A DNA stretch of 64,000 nucleotides from NCBI GenBank assembly GCA_040753015.1, contig JBFMHM010000004.1:10853-74852 (forward strand). The letters are read 5' to 3'. The notes beneath the pieces were generated by a model, which was given only the letters and a program-made list of their open reading frames with translations, had not been told where the DNA came from and did no database searches. The translations under genes and the position numbers were made by a program. Shown piece by piece: positions 20,157 to 29,310 of the stretch. The number at the start of each line of letters is the position of its first letter. Positions within the stretch are counted from its first letter, which is position 1. The stretch is from Candidatus Omnitrophota bacterium. GTDB lineage: Bacteria > Omnitrophota > Gorgyraeia > Gygaellales > JBFMHM01.

Positions 20157-20567
20157 CTAAAGCATTTTATCGTGCTCTATGCTAAATTGCCAATCATCAG
20201 GATTATTGAAGTGATTATGAAAATTTGGATTATTCTCATTAAGCCATTTATTAAAATCTGCTAGATCGCTGAATTTCTTATCTATTTTTCCATCATGATT
20301 CGTATCAACTTCCGCTGAATCGAACTTACCTTCTTTTAAATACATCGTTATGTCAGTCTTTTCATCGAAATTTGTATCTGCTTCAGCTTTAGAGACATAT
20401 TTATTATCATGGCTGTAATAAATTATATCTGGCTTATTATCTTTATTTATATCTACTGTCTTAACCGCTACGGCCTGATTAACCGATGCGCATTGTGTAT
20501 GACCATATTTGATGCCTATAATAAATATGGATAATAAAATAATACCCATAACACTAAATTTTCTCAT
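20157..20567 (-). CDS. Hypothetical secreted protein with EF-hand-like Asp-rich loops and a His-rich C-terminus
   Basis: Signal peptide. Loops DINKDNKPD, DTNFDEKTD and DTNHDGKID, plus an NFHNHFNN tail. Confidence 0.45.
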   Translation of the reverse strand: MRKFSVMGIILLSIFIIGIKYGHTQCASVNQAVAVKTVDINKDNKPDIIYYSHDNKYVSKAEADTNFDEKTDITMYLKEGKFDSAEVDTNHDGKIDKKFSDLADFNKWLNENNPNFHNHFNNPDDWQFSIEHDKML

Positions 20568-20697
20568 TCTCTCCTCCTCTGTTTTTAATCATTCTACTCT
20601 AAAACAAAATCATCTGCAACTATTTCATTATTTTATAACAACCTTGAACTCAAACTTACCCGAAATGAGCGCATCTTTAAATTTCACCTAGATCACC

Positions 20698-20928
20698 TCA
20701 TGAAATAATTGTTTTAATTTCATTTTTATTGAGAACTTTCCCGGATGAGACCACCTTACCGTCAATAGCCAGCGCGGGCGTCATTATTACGCCACACTCG
20801 GTTATCTTATTGATATCCGTGACCTTACCAATCTCAGCTTGAATATTTAATTCTTTCACAGCCTCCTCAACATTCGCCATAAGCTGTTTGCATTTAGGAC
20901 AACCTACTCCCAAAATTTCTATTTTCAT
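20698..20928 (-). CDS. Thioredoxin-fold redox-active disulfide protein 2 family
   Basis: 76 aa; MKIEILGVGCPKCKQL with a CPKC active site. It is paired with a downstream permease. Confidence 0.8.
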   Translation of the reverse strand: MKIEILGVGCPKCKQLMANVEEAVKELNIQAEIGKVTDINKITECGVIMTPALAIDGKVVSSGKVLNKNEIKTIIS

Positions 20929-20938
20929 TTTCTGCCTC

Positions 20939-22111
20939 CTATTTTACAATTAAACCAAAAATCATTCCGCTTATGGTAGCCATAACAACTACCAAAGCCA
21001 CATAGACAACTGTCTTCTTAGTGCCGATAATTCCCCGAATAACCAGCATACTTGGCAAACTCAACGCTGGCCCGGCCAAAAGAAGCGCCAGCGCTGGCCC
21101 TTTACCCATACCGGATCCGATCAAACCCTGTAAAATAGGCACTTCCGTAAGCGTAGCAAAATACATGAACGCCGCAACAATTGAAGAAAAGAAATTTGCC
21201 CTTAAAGAATTGCCGCCGACTAACGCCTCAATAAACCGGGAAGGAATGATCCCCTCATGCCCTACCCTGCCTAAAAGAAATCCAGAAATCAACACCCCGC
21301 CCAAAAGAAGCGGCAAGATCTGTAAAACAAATCCCCATGTCGCCGAAGTCCATTCTTTAAGTTCGTCCTTTTTGAACCATTTAAAAAGCATTACCACCAA
21401 ACTAACTAGCGAAAATCCGGCAATCCACCATTTGTACTGATATATAAATACCCATGAGCTATGATCACCTTCCAGCGGCTTGCCCCAGTTAGCAAAAATA
21501 AGAAATACAACCATAGATACAAAATAAAGAACATTCTGACCTAAAGAACGGGTTTCTTTTACCTTTCCGAAATTAAAATCGCCGTTGGCGTGCCGCTCTC
21601 GCTCCTCTTTTAAAAAGATAAAATGCATCAATAAACCAATAACAACACTAAAGACAACCGCTCCTATAGCTCGTGCAAACCCTAACTGCCAGCCGAGGAT
21701 TCGAGCGGTAAAAATAATTGCTAAAACATTAATTGCGGGTCCTGAATATAGAAAAGCGATCGCAGGCCCCAAGCCAGCTCCTCTCTTATATATGCCAGAA
21801 AATAAAGGCAACACCGTACATGAACATACCGCTAAGATCGCCCCAGACACAGATGCCACGCTATACGATAAAAATTTATTCGCCTTAGCCCCGAAATACT
21901 TCATCACGGACACCTGACTAACAAACACAGATATCGCTCCGGCTATAAAGAACGCCGGAACAAGGCATAAAAGTATATGTTCCCGCGCATACCATTTAAC
22001 AAGAGCTAACGCCTCGAAAATAGCATTGGTAAAGCGCAGGTTCTCAATAGGCAAATAGAAACAGCCTAAAAAAATTGCTACAATGTATAGAAATTTCTTC
22101 CAGTCTCTCAT
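20939..22111 (-). CDS. Predicted permease (DUF318/ArsP-like) partnered with the redox-active disulfide protein
   Basis: 390-aa polytopic membrane protein with Cys-containing motifs (AVCSCTVLP); conserved pairing with the thioredoxin-like gene. Confidence 0.65.
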   Translation of the reverse strand: MRDWKKFLYIVAIFLGCFYLPIENLRFTNAIFEALALVKWYAREHILLCLVPAFFIAGAISVFVSQVSVMKYFGAKANKFLSYSVASVSGAILAVCSCTVLPLFSGIYKRGAGLGPAIAFLYSGPAINVLAIIFTARILGWQLGFARAIGAVVFSVVIGLLMHFIFLKEERERHANGDFNFGKVKETRSLGQNVLYFVSMVVFLIFANWGKPLEGDHSSWVFIYQYKWWIAGFSLVSLVVMLFKWFKKDELKEWTSATWGFVLQILPLLLGGVLISGFLLGRVGHEGIIPSRFIEALVGGNSLRANFFSSIVAAFMYFATLTEVPILQGLIGSGMGKGPALALLLAGPALSLPSMLVIRGIIGTKKTVVYVALVVVMATISGMIFGLIVK

Positions 22112-22128
22112 CTAGTGCTTTCTTAAGA

Positions 22129-22461
22129 TTAATGATTTATTCGAGATGCGTAGGCAAAAGGTAAAAAATAACTTCGCCAAGAGTGTTCAGAGGACATAAA
22201 CTGGTTTACCCCAAAAAAATAATCAACAATTGCTTCTCTCATACGAGCAATTTCCTTCAAATGAGCATAATTCTTATCACTATCTAATGTCAAATCGATT
22301 AATTCTAGGGCGCGTTCAAATGCCCTTTGAGCATAATCATTATTTTTCTTTATCTGCCAATTAAGTGCGCGCTCAACCTCGCTACCAATATTTGCCATTT
22401 GTTCTAAAAATGGCATCTGGTTCCAACGACCTAAAGCTAAATCTTTATGCTGATAACTCAT
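22129..22461 (-). CDS. Conserved hypothetical protein
   Basis: 110-aa ORF. Its start is translationally coupled (TAATG overlap) to the upstream small gene. Confidence 0.5.
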   Translation of the reverse strand: MSYQHKDLALGRWNQMPFLEQMANIGSEVERALNWQIKKNNDYAQRAFERALELIDLTLDSDKNYAHLKEIARMREAIVDYFFGVNQFMSSEHSWRSYFLPFAYASRINH

Positions 22462-22838
22462 TATTTAATCTTTTTTACAACTATCTCGATAATTTTTTTA
22501 CGCATTTCTTCATTTTCTATACCACGACTTCTATTGCCGCAAGAAGGACGCATATTAATCATAGAATCAAATTCAATAAAATCAGTGCCTTGAATTTCTG
22601 GATATAAATTAATACCCCAAAGATTTTTTTGTTTTGACCCATCCTTCAAAAGCAATGCTTCCAAATCGGAATGAAGCTCAGCATCAATTGCAACTAACTC
22701 TCTTTCAACATCAACAACAGCTTTTACTAAATTACCAAAAGTAGCTTGGGCCATCGCCTTTATTTCATTAAGCGCTATACTTTCTATTATGATTTTCATG
22801 GACTGATTATACCTTAAACAAAAACCCCCTGCAAGCAC
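22461..22838 (-). CDS. Conserved hypothetical protein; resembles the family I recall as DUF5674
   Basis: WGINLYP...EFDSMINMRP..GNRSRGIE core. The start is probably the internal Met at 22799 (MKIIIESIAL), immediately after a TATAAT-like box. Confidence 0.5.
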   Translation of the reverse strand: MLAGGFCLRYNQSMKIIIESIALNEIKAMAQATFGNLVKAVVDVERELVAIDAELHSDLEALLLKDGSKQKNLWGINLYPEIQGTDFIEFDSMINMRPSCGNRSRGIENEEMRKKIIEIVVKKIK

Positions 22839-22874
22839 TTTGCCTAATTACAAGCAAACTTACAGAGGGTTAAA

Positions 22875-22905
22875 CTCGAACTTTACGTGACTTATAAAGT
22901 TCGAG
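22875..22905 (-). terminator. Hairpin immediately 3' of tRNA-Asn (possible terminator/processing element)
   Basis: Perfect 11-bp inverted repeat CTCGAACTTTA/TAAAGTTCGAG with a 9-nt loop. Only a short U-run follows on the minus-strand transcript. Confidence 0.35.
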
Positions 22906-22912
22906 CCCTATT

Positions 22913-22988
22913 TGGCTCCCCCTCTAGGACTCGAACCTAGGACCTGGAGATTAACAGTCTCTCGCTCTACCAACTGAGCTAAGGGGGA
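22913..22988 (-). tRNA. tRNA-Asn (anticodon GUU)
   Basis: Folded by hand as TCCCCCT/AGGGGGA acceptor, D-arm GCTCAGTTGGTAGAGC, anticodon loop CUGUUAA, T-loop GGTTCGAGTCC. The CCA end is encoded. Confidence 0.85.
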
Positions 22989-23041
22989 ATACAGAAATTA
23001 AAAACTAAAACGAAAAACGTAAAACTAAAAATCGAAAAAAA

Positions 23042-23641
23042 TCAAATCTCACGACGGCCTTCTAAAGCAAGAGCAAGGGTTGAGGCATCCGTATATTCTA
23101 AATTAGTGCCTAAAGGAACACCTGAAGCAATACGCGAAACCCTAACACCCAAAGGTTTGAGCAAATTTGAAAGATATATTGCTGTTGCCTCACCTTCTAT
23201 ATCAGTACCAGTTGCAATAATTATTTCTTTTATACTATTTTGCTGTATTCTTGTCAATAATTCTTTTATTTTAAGACTTTCCGGCCCTTTGCCATCGAGA
23301 GGAGATATCCTTCCGCCCAAAACATGGTACACCCCTTTAAATTTAGCAGACTTCTCTATAGCTAAAACATCATTTGCTTCCTCTACAGTACAAACTAAAG
23401 ATTGATTCCGGCTATTATCTTGACAGATATTGCAAATTTCGGCGTCAGTTAAATTGTTACAAATTTTACAATATCTTATCCGATCTTTCAAATCTAGCAA
23501 AGCGCGGGAAAAACTATTAATCTCTTCTTTAGATGCATTAATTATATAATAAACAATACGCTCAGCACTCCTTCTGCCAATCCCAGGAAATTTCATCAAG
23601 TACTGCAATAATCTTTCAATTATATCAGGATAAAGTTTCAC
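23042..23641 (-). CDS. recR: Recombination protein RecR
   Basis: HhH motif (FPGIGRRSAERIV), C4 zinc finger (CKICNNL...CNIC) and a Toprim domain; 199 aa. Confidence 0.9.
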   Translation of the reverse strand: MKLYPDIIERLLQYLMKFPGIGRRSAERIVYYIINASKEEINSFSRALLDLKDRIRYCKICNNLTDAEICNICQDNSRNQSLVCTVEEANDVLAIEKSAKFKGVYHVLGGRISPLDGKGPESLKIKELLTRIQQNSIKEIIIATGTDIEGEATAIYLSNLLKPLGVRVSRIASGVPLGTNLEYTDASTLALALEGRREI

Positions 23642-23659
23642 CCAATTACATCTCCTCTT

Positions 23660-25204
23660 TTATGATACAATTCTTCCGCCGAAAGTATCTAATGCATTCT
23701 TTAAATCAGCTTCGATTTCTTCAAATTCTTGTTTTTTTTGTTGAATATTTTCACTAAGTAAAAATTTTATTCGAAGCTTAGCATTGGTAACGCTAAAAAT
23801 AACATCTTCAAGCACTTTATTGTTATCTTTTGCCTCAAGAAATTCTTTGCTAAAAGCCATATCTTTAGGTAAACCAATATTTAAAATATTATTTTTTACT
23901 TCCATTGGCTGAGCATGCTCTAAATAACTTGCTACCGACATCTTGACTTTTGTCAAATCATTGATTATCTTTGGCCAATTATCCTTAATTTCTTGAATAT
24001 CTATAGAAGAACTTTCATCTCTCGTATCTTCAACAATAACTTTTGTTTTTTGTGTTTTAGTAGCAACACTAATTTTTAATTCATCTTTTTTTTTAGCCAA
24101 ACTTATCTCTGAATTAACAGGATTAATTAATTTAATAACGGAAATCTCAAGGGGGATCCTTACTGAATCAAAGCGCTTTTGCATTTCTTGAGTTTGGATA
24201 AAAATATTAAATGCCCTAAAAATTTCTTCTAGTTCGAAACTGTTGCTTTGTTCAAAAAGCATTTTTCTTATCTCATCAGGTAAATCTAAAAGTTTTGTTT
24301 TTGATCCTTTGGTTACTTTAACTACCATTAGATTTCTAAAATGCTCAATCAAGCTATTTATAAAAATACCAGCGTCTTTTCCTTGATTAATTACCTCATC
24401 GCAAAGCCCTAAAATACCTGATAGATCTTTTTTAATTAATCTCGCAGTAAAATCAAATAATATATCATTGTCTATAATTCCAAGCACTGAAATAGCATCC
24501 TTAGAGTTAATTTTGTCTTTAGTAAAATGCGACAGTTGGTCGAGTATTGACTCTGCGTCTCTAAGTGAACCGTCTGATGCCTTAGCAACTGTAAATAGAA
24601 CATCCTTTTCGATCGAAATATTCTCTGCCCTCGAAATTTTCGAAAGATGATCAATCATTTCTAATATTGAAATTTTTCTAAAATCAAATCTCTGACAGCG
24701 GGAACTGATTGTAGCCAAAACCTTGTGTGCCTGTGTAGTTGCGAAAATAAATTTTACAAAACTAGGCGGTTCCTCAAGTGTTTTTAAAAGAGCATTAAAT
24801 GCTTCGGTAGTAAGCATATGTACTTCATCAATAATATAAATCTTAAATTTTGACGATGCAGGCGCAAATTTGACATTTTCCCGTAAATTTCTTATCTCAT
24901 CAATTCCTCTATTTGAAGCACCATCAATCTCGATAACATCCATTGAACGGTTTTCAGATATCTCTAAACAAGAAGAGCATTTCTGACAAGGGTTAACCGT
25001 AGAGCCTTCTTTGCAATTTAGTGATTTTGCTAATATACGCGCCGTAGATGTTTTCCCAACTCCGCGCGGCCCACTAAACAAAAAAGCATGATGCAGGCGG
25101 CCGGATACAATTGCGTTCTTAAGAATTTTAGTAATATGCTCCTGACCGACAACTTCGTCTAATTTTTGGGGACGGTATTTTCGTGCTAATGCTATGTAAG
25201 TCAT
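23660..25204 (-). CDS. dnaX: DNA polymerase III subunits gamma/tau
   Basis: [17 protein letters not shown], Walker [10 protein letters not shown] and a zinc module ([16 protein letters not shown]). The start is set at Met 25204 ([12 protein letters not shown]) because the longer ORF to 25261 would overlap tRNA-Ser. Confidence 0.85.
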   Translation of the reverse strand: MTYIALARKYRPQKLDEVVGQEHITKILKNAIVSGRLHHAFLFSGPRGVGKTSTARILAKSLNCKEGSTVNPCQKCSSCLEISENRSMDVIEIDGASNRGIDEIRNLRENVKFAPASSKFKIYIIDEVHMLTTEAFNALLKTLEEPPSFVKFIFATTQAHKVLATISSRCQRFDFRKISILEMIDHLSKISRAENISIEKDVLFTVAKASDGSLRDAESILDQLSHFTKDKINSKDAISVLGIIDNDILFDFTARLIKKDLSGILGLCDEVINQGKDAGIFINSLIEHFRNLMVVKVTKGSKTKLLDLPDEIRKMLFEQSNSFELEEIFRAFNIFIQTQEMQKRFDSVRIPLEISVIKLINPVNSEISLAKKKDELKISVATKTQKTKVIVEDTRDESSSIDIQEIKDNWPKIINDLTKVKMSVASYLEHAQPMEVKNNILNIGLPKDMAFSKEFLEAKDNNKVLEDVIFSVTNAKLRIKFLLSENIQQKKQEFEEIEADLKNALDTFGGRIVS

Positions 25205-25215
25205 ATAGAATATTA

Positions 25216-25304
25216 CGGAGAGGCTGGGATTCGAACCCAGGGTCCGCCTTTCGGCAGACAACTTCTTAGCAGGAAGTTGCTATCGACCACTCAGCCACCT
25301 CTCC
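25216..25304 (-). tRNA. tRNA-Ser (anticodon GCU)
   Basis: GGAGAGG acceptor, long variable arm, anticodon loop CUGCUAA, T-loop GGTTCGAATCC. The CCA end is not encoded. Confidence 0.85.
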
Positions 25305-25352
25305 AGATAAATTTAATTACGGCCTATTTTTGCTTATCGATTTTCGGGTTTA

Positions 25353-25814
25353 TTATTTTCGTTTTCTCTTAAAGAATTCTTTTAATAAAAGACTACATTC
25401 ATTTTCTAGTATACCGCGCTTTACATCTACCCTATGATTAAGTTTATTGCTCGTTATAATGTCAAATACTGAACCACAAGCACCGGTTTTTGGGTCATCA
25501 GCTCCATATACCAGATGCTTAATACGACTAAGAACAAGCGCTCCTGCACACATTGAACAAGGCTCAATTGTAACATAAAGCGCGGAATCTAACAACCACT
25601 TATTATTTAGATAATTACTTGCGCAGGTTAAGGCGACCATTTCTGCGTGGGCTGTTGGATCTTTTAATCTTTCAACCTGATTATGCGCCTTTGCAATAAT
25701 CTGATTTTTATAAACAATTACCGCCCCAACTGGTACTTCATCCTCTTCAAAGGCAATTTTTGCTTCTTTTAAAGCCTCGCGCATAAAGAATTGCTCTATT
25801 TCTGATTTTTGCAT
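25353..25814 (-). CDS. tadA: tRNA-specific adenosine deaminase
   Basis: HAEMVAL...PCSMCAGAL CDA zinc motifs. The start is set at Met 25814 (MQKSEIEQFFMREAL) to avoid overlapping tRNA-Arg. Confidence 0.85.
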   Translation of the reverse strand: MQKSEIEQFFMREALKEAKIAFEEDEVPVGAVIVYKNQIIAKAHNQVERLKDPTAHAEMVALTCASNYLNNKWLLDSALYVTIEPCSMCAGALVLSRIKHLVYGADDPKTGACGSVFDIITSNKLNHRVDVKRGILENECSLLLKEFFKRKRK

Positions 25815-25835
25815 TTTGGTTTTTGATTTTTTAAT

Positions 25836-25909
25836 CGCGCCCGGCAGGGGTCGAACCTGCAACAACCAGCTCCGTAGGCTGGTGCTCTATCCAATTGAGC
25901 TACGGGCGC
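25836..25909 (-). tRNA. tRNA-Arg (anticodon ACG)
   Basis: GCGCCCG/CGGGCGC acceptor, D-arm GCTCAATTGGATAGAGC, anticodon loop CUACGGA, T-loop GGTTCGACC. Confidence 0.85.
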
Positions 25910-25915
25910 ACAAAA

Positions 25916-27313
25916 TCAAACTTTTATTTTTAACTGTGAAATAACTTTATCTGGCTCTGTACAATATCTGCGGCAAAACCCAGAAACCTGCCTTAATTCA
26001 AAAATATTATTATCTTTTAATGCTTTTAAAACTAATGCGCGACGGGCTAGCTCTCGCATAATTTCTTTTAAAGAAAACCCTGATGTCTTGCTTAACCGCT
26101 CGCAGTAAATACTCGAAGGTGCAACATTGATAAAATTTCTCTGTTCGTAATTATAAGCATAAACTGGTGAAAGCAAAATCATATTTTGTTCCATACCTGC
26201 AGTTTCAGTAATTTCAGAAGCAACACGAAAAACAGAATCTTTATTCTGAAACTTTTTCATCACAATAAAAGCGTCAATTAAATTTATTAATATATGGGGC
26301 ACTCTCATGGGCTCATTATTAAGCCTTATAATTGCCTCCCTGGCGCTTCCTGCATGCAAAGAACCAAGGCAATATTTTCCAGTATTAATTGCTGTCATTA
26401 GATCGCGCGCTTCTTCACCGCGAACTTCGCCAATCACAATCCTATCTGGACGCATACGTAGACTGTCTTTTACTAATTCCAGTAAGCTTATATCATCATC
26501 GCTTTCGAGCCTAGAATAATTATCTTCCATTTGCGTATTTAATTCAAGAGTATCTTCAATTACAACCACGCGCTCTTTTTCCGAAATAAAACTAAATAAA
26601 GCGTTTAACAATGTTGTTTTTCCTACGCCCGGGCCTCCAGCAATAATAATATTTGCCGGCTTAACTGATAAACCCTCAACATAAAGCCAAATTAATGCTG
26701 CCATTTCTACGCTTACCGAATTATTCGCAATTAAACTTACAATGCTTAGAGGATGTGTTTTTGTGCGTGTAATTGTTATCTGCGGCCCAAAAGGCGAATA
26801 AGTAATATTTACGCGGCCTTCAATTTGTGGCAGCTCAAGATTATTTATTTTTTTTAAACTATCCCTGCCGGAAAACACAAGTAATTTTTTGATAAACAAA
26901 TCTAATTCTTTTTGCGAACTAAATCTTCTATCGGTTTTAACTAATCCATTTTTAGAATGGTGAACCTGAATAAAGTTTAACGAATTGATAATTATATCTT
27001 CTGTGCCATCGTCGCGAAATAACTCATCAATTATTCCATAGGAAAAAAATTGTTCTAAAAATTGCCCTCTTTCCTCTTTCGACTTAAGTGTTTGGACTTT
27101 TTCAAGCAACAAATCTTTTTCAAGCCTGCCACAAAGCTTATCTAGCCCTTCATGGGCAATCTTTTCTCTCTCTTCTTTTTCCTGAAGAAGGTTAATCTTG
27201 CCCATTAATTCATCAAGTAATTTTATTTCTAACTCTAATAATTGTTCGTCCATAGGTTTTATCGTAACGGCACGTAAAGACTGCGTCCACATGCCTGCCA
27301 CGTGATGATTCAC
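25916..27313 (-). CDS. CpaF/VirB11-family type II/IV secretion-system ATPase (orphan)
   Basis: Walker A GGPGVGKTT, a downstream VVIEDTLEL Asp box and RIVIGEVRGEEA; 465 aa. The annotated start is a GTG at 27313; internal ATGs at residues 8 and 21 are alternatives. Confidence 0.65.
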   Translation of the reverse strand: MNHHVAGMWTQSLRAVTIKPMDEQLLELEIKLLDELMGKINLLQEKEEREKIAHEGLDKLCGRLEKDLLLEKVQTLKSKEERGQFLEQFFSYGIIDELFRDDGTEDIIINSLNFIQVHHSKNGLVKTDRRFSSQKELDLFIKKLLVFSGRDSLKKINNLELPQIEGRVNITYSPFGPQITITRTKTHPLSIVSLIANNSVSVEMAALIWLYVEGLSVKPANIIIAGGPGVGKTTLLNALFSFISEKERVVVIEDTLELNTQMEDNYSRLESDDDISLLELVKDSLRMRPDRIVIGEVRGEEARDLMTAINTGKYCLGSLHAGSAREAIIRLNNEPMRVPHILINLIDAFIVMKKFQNKDSVFRVASEITETAGMEQNMILLSPVYAYNYEQRNFINVAPSSIYCERLSKTSGFSLKEIMRELARRALVLKALKDNNIFELRQVSGFCRRYCTEPDKVISQLKIKV

Positions 27314-27333
27314 ATTTTGTGAATCATTTTACG

Positions 27334-27421
27334 TGGCGGAGAGGCTGGGATTCGAACCCAGGATACCTTTCGGTATACGAGTACTCCAGACTCGCGCGCT
27401 CGGCCACTACGCGACCTCTCC
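27334..27421 (-). tRNA. tRNA-Ser (anticodon GGA)
   Basis: GGAGAGG acceptor, long variable arm, anticodon loop CUGGAGU. The CCA end is encoded. Confidence 0.8.
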
Positions 27422-27459
27422 AAATGTAATTTAAAAATAACATAAAAAAGTTGATAAAT

Positions 27460-27903
27460 CTATGATAATTTTTCTTTTACTAATCGGCTAACTAGGCTTG
27501 AGTCTGCCTTGCCAGCTAGTTGAGATAAAGCCTCTTTCATAATTTTACCCATATCTTTTATAGAACTAGCACCGCTTGATTTAATTATATCTTCGACTAC
27601 TTTTTTGACTGCTTCTTCAGAAAGTTCTTCTGGTAAATAAGATTTTAAAACTACAAGCTCCTTTTCTTCTTTTTCAACTAAATCAATACGGTTACCTTGT
27701 TTAAATTGCTCAATAGAATCCTGCCGGCGCTTAATTTGTTTCTTTATAATTGGAATTATATCATTATCGTCCAATTTATCTTTTTTCTTATCAATCGCGA
27801 TATTTTTTAGCTCAGCTCTCAAAAAACTTAAAGTGGACGTCTTAACTGTATCTTTTTCTTTCATCGCTTTTATATAATCCTGCATTATCTTTTCTTCTAA
27901 CAT
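27460..27903 (-). CDS. GatB/YqeY domain protein
   Basis: 147 aa; typical YqeY sequence (LRAELKN..., SYLPEELSEEA). Confidence 0.8.
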   Translation of the reverse strand: MLEEKIMQDYIKAMKEKDTVKTSTLSFLRAELKNIAIDKKKDKLDDNDIIPIIKKQIKRRQDSIEQFKQGNRIDLVEKEEKELVVLKSYLPEELSEEAVKKVVEDIIKSSGASSIKDMGKIMKEALSQLAGKADSSLVSRLVKEKLS

Positions 27904-27915
27904 AAAAACCTCCTG

Positions 27916-29022
27916 TTATTTTTGTAATTGCTGAAACTGCTGAATAATATTACCTATCTCCTGAATAACTGCCATTGTTATTGCCTGCTTAACTTGAGGG
28001 CCTAACTGCGCTTTTGGATTAGATAACGGCCCGCTAACTACAAAATCAAACAATACATCTCCACTGCTTGATGTTAAGTAAGGGAGCAGTTTAGTAACCG
28101 ATGTTTCTAGAAACTGAGCATTTTGTTTATCTGGATTAACTGTAATCTTTAGTTTATGAAACAGCATCTCAGTAGTAGAATTAATAATATCACCATCTAA
28201 ATTAAAATTAGTAATTGAACTAAATAGCCCTCTTTGGAATAAGAAAGGAGTAACTCTCTGAAAATAAGGAAGGAATTGCATTAAATCAACTTGGCCTGTC
28301 CTTAGGATTCCTTTAATATCTGAATGATCCTTAAAAGCAACTATATCTGCTTCTAAGCTAACTTGGCTATCATTATAATAACCATTCACAATATAAAAAT
28401 TAAATTCGCATTTTAAAGGAATATAATTATTTTGCTGTTTATCAGCGATAAGATTAAAATTTAGCTTCCTAAAATTTATTTTATAAGGCGGACTCGATAT
28501 ATAGCTATCTCTAAAATTAACTAAAGAATTTTTTATTGTTATTTTACCTAACTGGGTTGCAAGTTTATAGAAATTTATACCTTTAAATTCATCAGCATAC
28601 GCCAATGATATATCCACAGATATATCATTTAAAAAATTATTATATGCTATATTAAATTTGCCGTTTTTATTTCTCTCAATATTAAAAATACCCTTATCTA
28701 TAATAAGTTCTTTAATTATAAATCTTCTTTTTTGGCTAAAAATATCTCTATTAAAAATAATCGTGCAACTTTCTGCATCTAATAAGTCAGAACTAAACGG
28801 CTTTTTATTTAAAACATGAAATCCTTGGAAATTTACCTTTCCTTTATCTAAGTTAAAATCTATTTTTTCAATTTTTATCGGAAAACCTAATGTTTTACTT
28901 AATGATTTCTCAATTATCCCCTTGCCCTGAAATTTAAATAATAAAAAAATTATAAGCGAAATTAAAATTATAATTAAAACAACTATTCCTGCAAATTTAA
29001 ATAAGGTATTAAATAGTCTCAT
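27916..29022 (-). CDS. Hypothetical N-terminally membrane-anchored protein (possibly AsmA-like)
   Basis: 368 aa with a single N-terminal TM helix followed by a beta-rich, Asn-rich extracytoplasmic region. Confidence 0.45.
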   Translation of the reverse strand: MRLFNTLFKFAGIVVLIIILISLIIFLLFKFQGKGIIEKSLSKTLGFPIKIEKIDFNLDKGKVNFQGFHVLNKKPFSSDLLDAESCTIIFNRDIFSQKRRFIIKELIIDKGIFNIERNKNGKFNIAYNNFLNDISVDISLAYADEFKGINFYKLATQLGKITIKNSLVNFRDSYISSPPYKINFRKLNFNLIADKQQNNYIPLKCEFNFYIVNGYYNDSQVSLEADIVAFKDHSDIKGILRTGQVDLMQFLPYFQRVTPFLFQRGLFSSITNFNLDGDIINSTTEMLFHKLKITVNPDKQNAQFLETSVTKLLPYLTSSSGDVLFDFVVSGPLSNPKAQLGPQVKQAITMAVIQEIGNIIQQFQQLQK

Positions 29023-29033
29023 AAATTAATTAA

Positions 29034-29121
29034 CGGAGAGGGTGGGATTCGAACCCACGTAAGGCTTACGCCCCAACCGCTTTTCGAGAGCGGCCCGTTA
29101 TGACCACTTCGGTACCTCTCC
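29034..29121 (-). tRNA. tRNA-Ser (anticodon CGA)
   Basis: GGAGAGG acceptor, long variable arm, anticodon stem CCGCU/AGCGG with loop CUCGAAA. Confidence 0.85.
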
Positions 29122-29310
29122 AATATTTAAAAGCGAAGAATCGTTTTGATCGCACCATCCAACGAATCACCGCAGCGCTGCGCCAAGAGCAGCAAGCTTT
29201 TCGGGTGTAAACGGGTTATGGATACGGTGAGCACTTTCGGTAATGTTAAAAATCCGTGAAATATCCATCTCAGAAAAATCCCGCTCTGCCACGCCTCCAC
29301 ATAAATTTTT

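Noticed and set aside
22989-23041. A-rich iterated motif (AAAACTAAAACGAAAAACGTAAAACTAAAAATCGAAAAAAA) upstream of tRNA-Asn as a repeat element
   Set aside because: It is probably just an A-tract UP-element-like promoter region for the tRNA, with no defined repeat unit beyond low complexity.
25205-25261. Longer dnaX start (ORF to 25261)
   Set aside because: The extension would be translated from within tRNA-Ser(GCU), at 25216-25304. The internal Met at 25204 gives the canonical [13 protein letters not shown]-terminus.
25815-25865. Longer tadA start (ORF to 25865)
   Set aside because: It overlaps tRNA-Arg(ACG) at 25836-25909. The start at 25814 is used instead.
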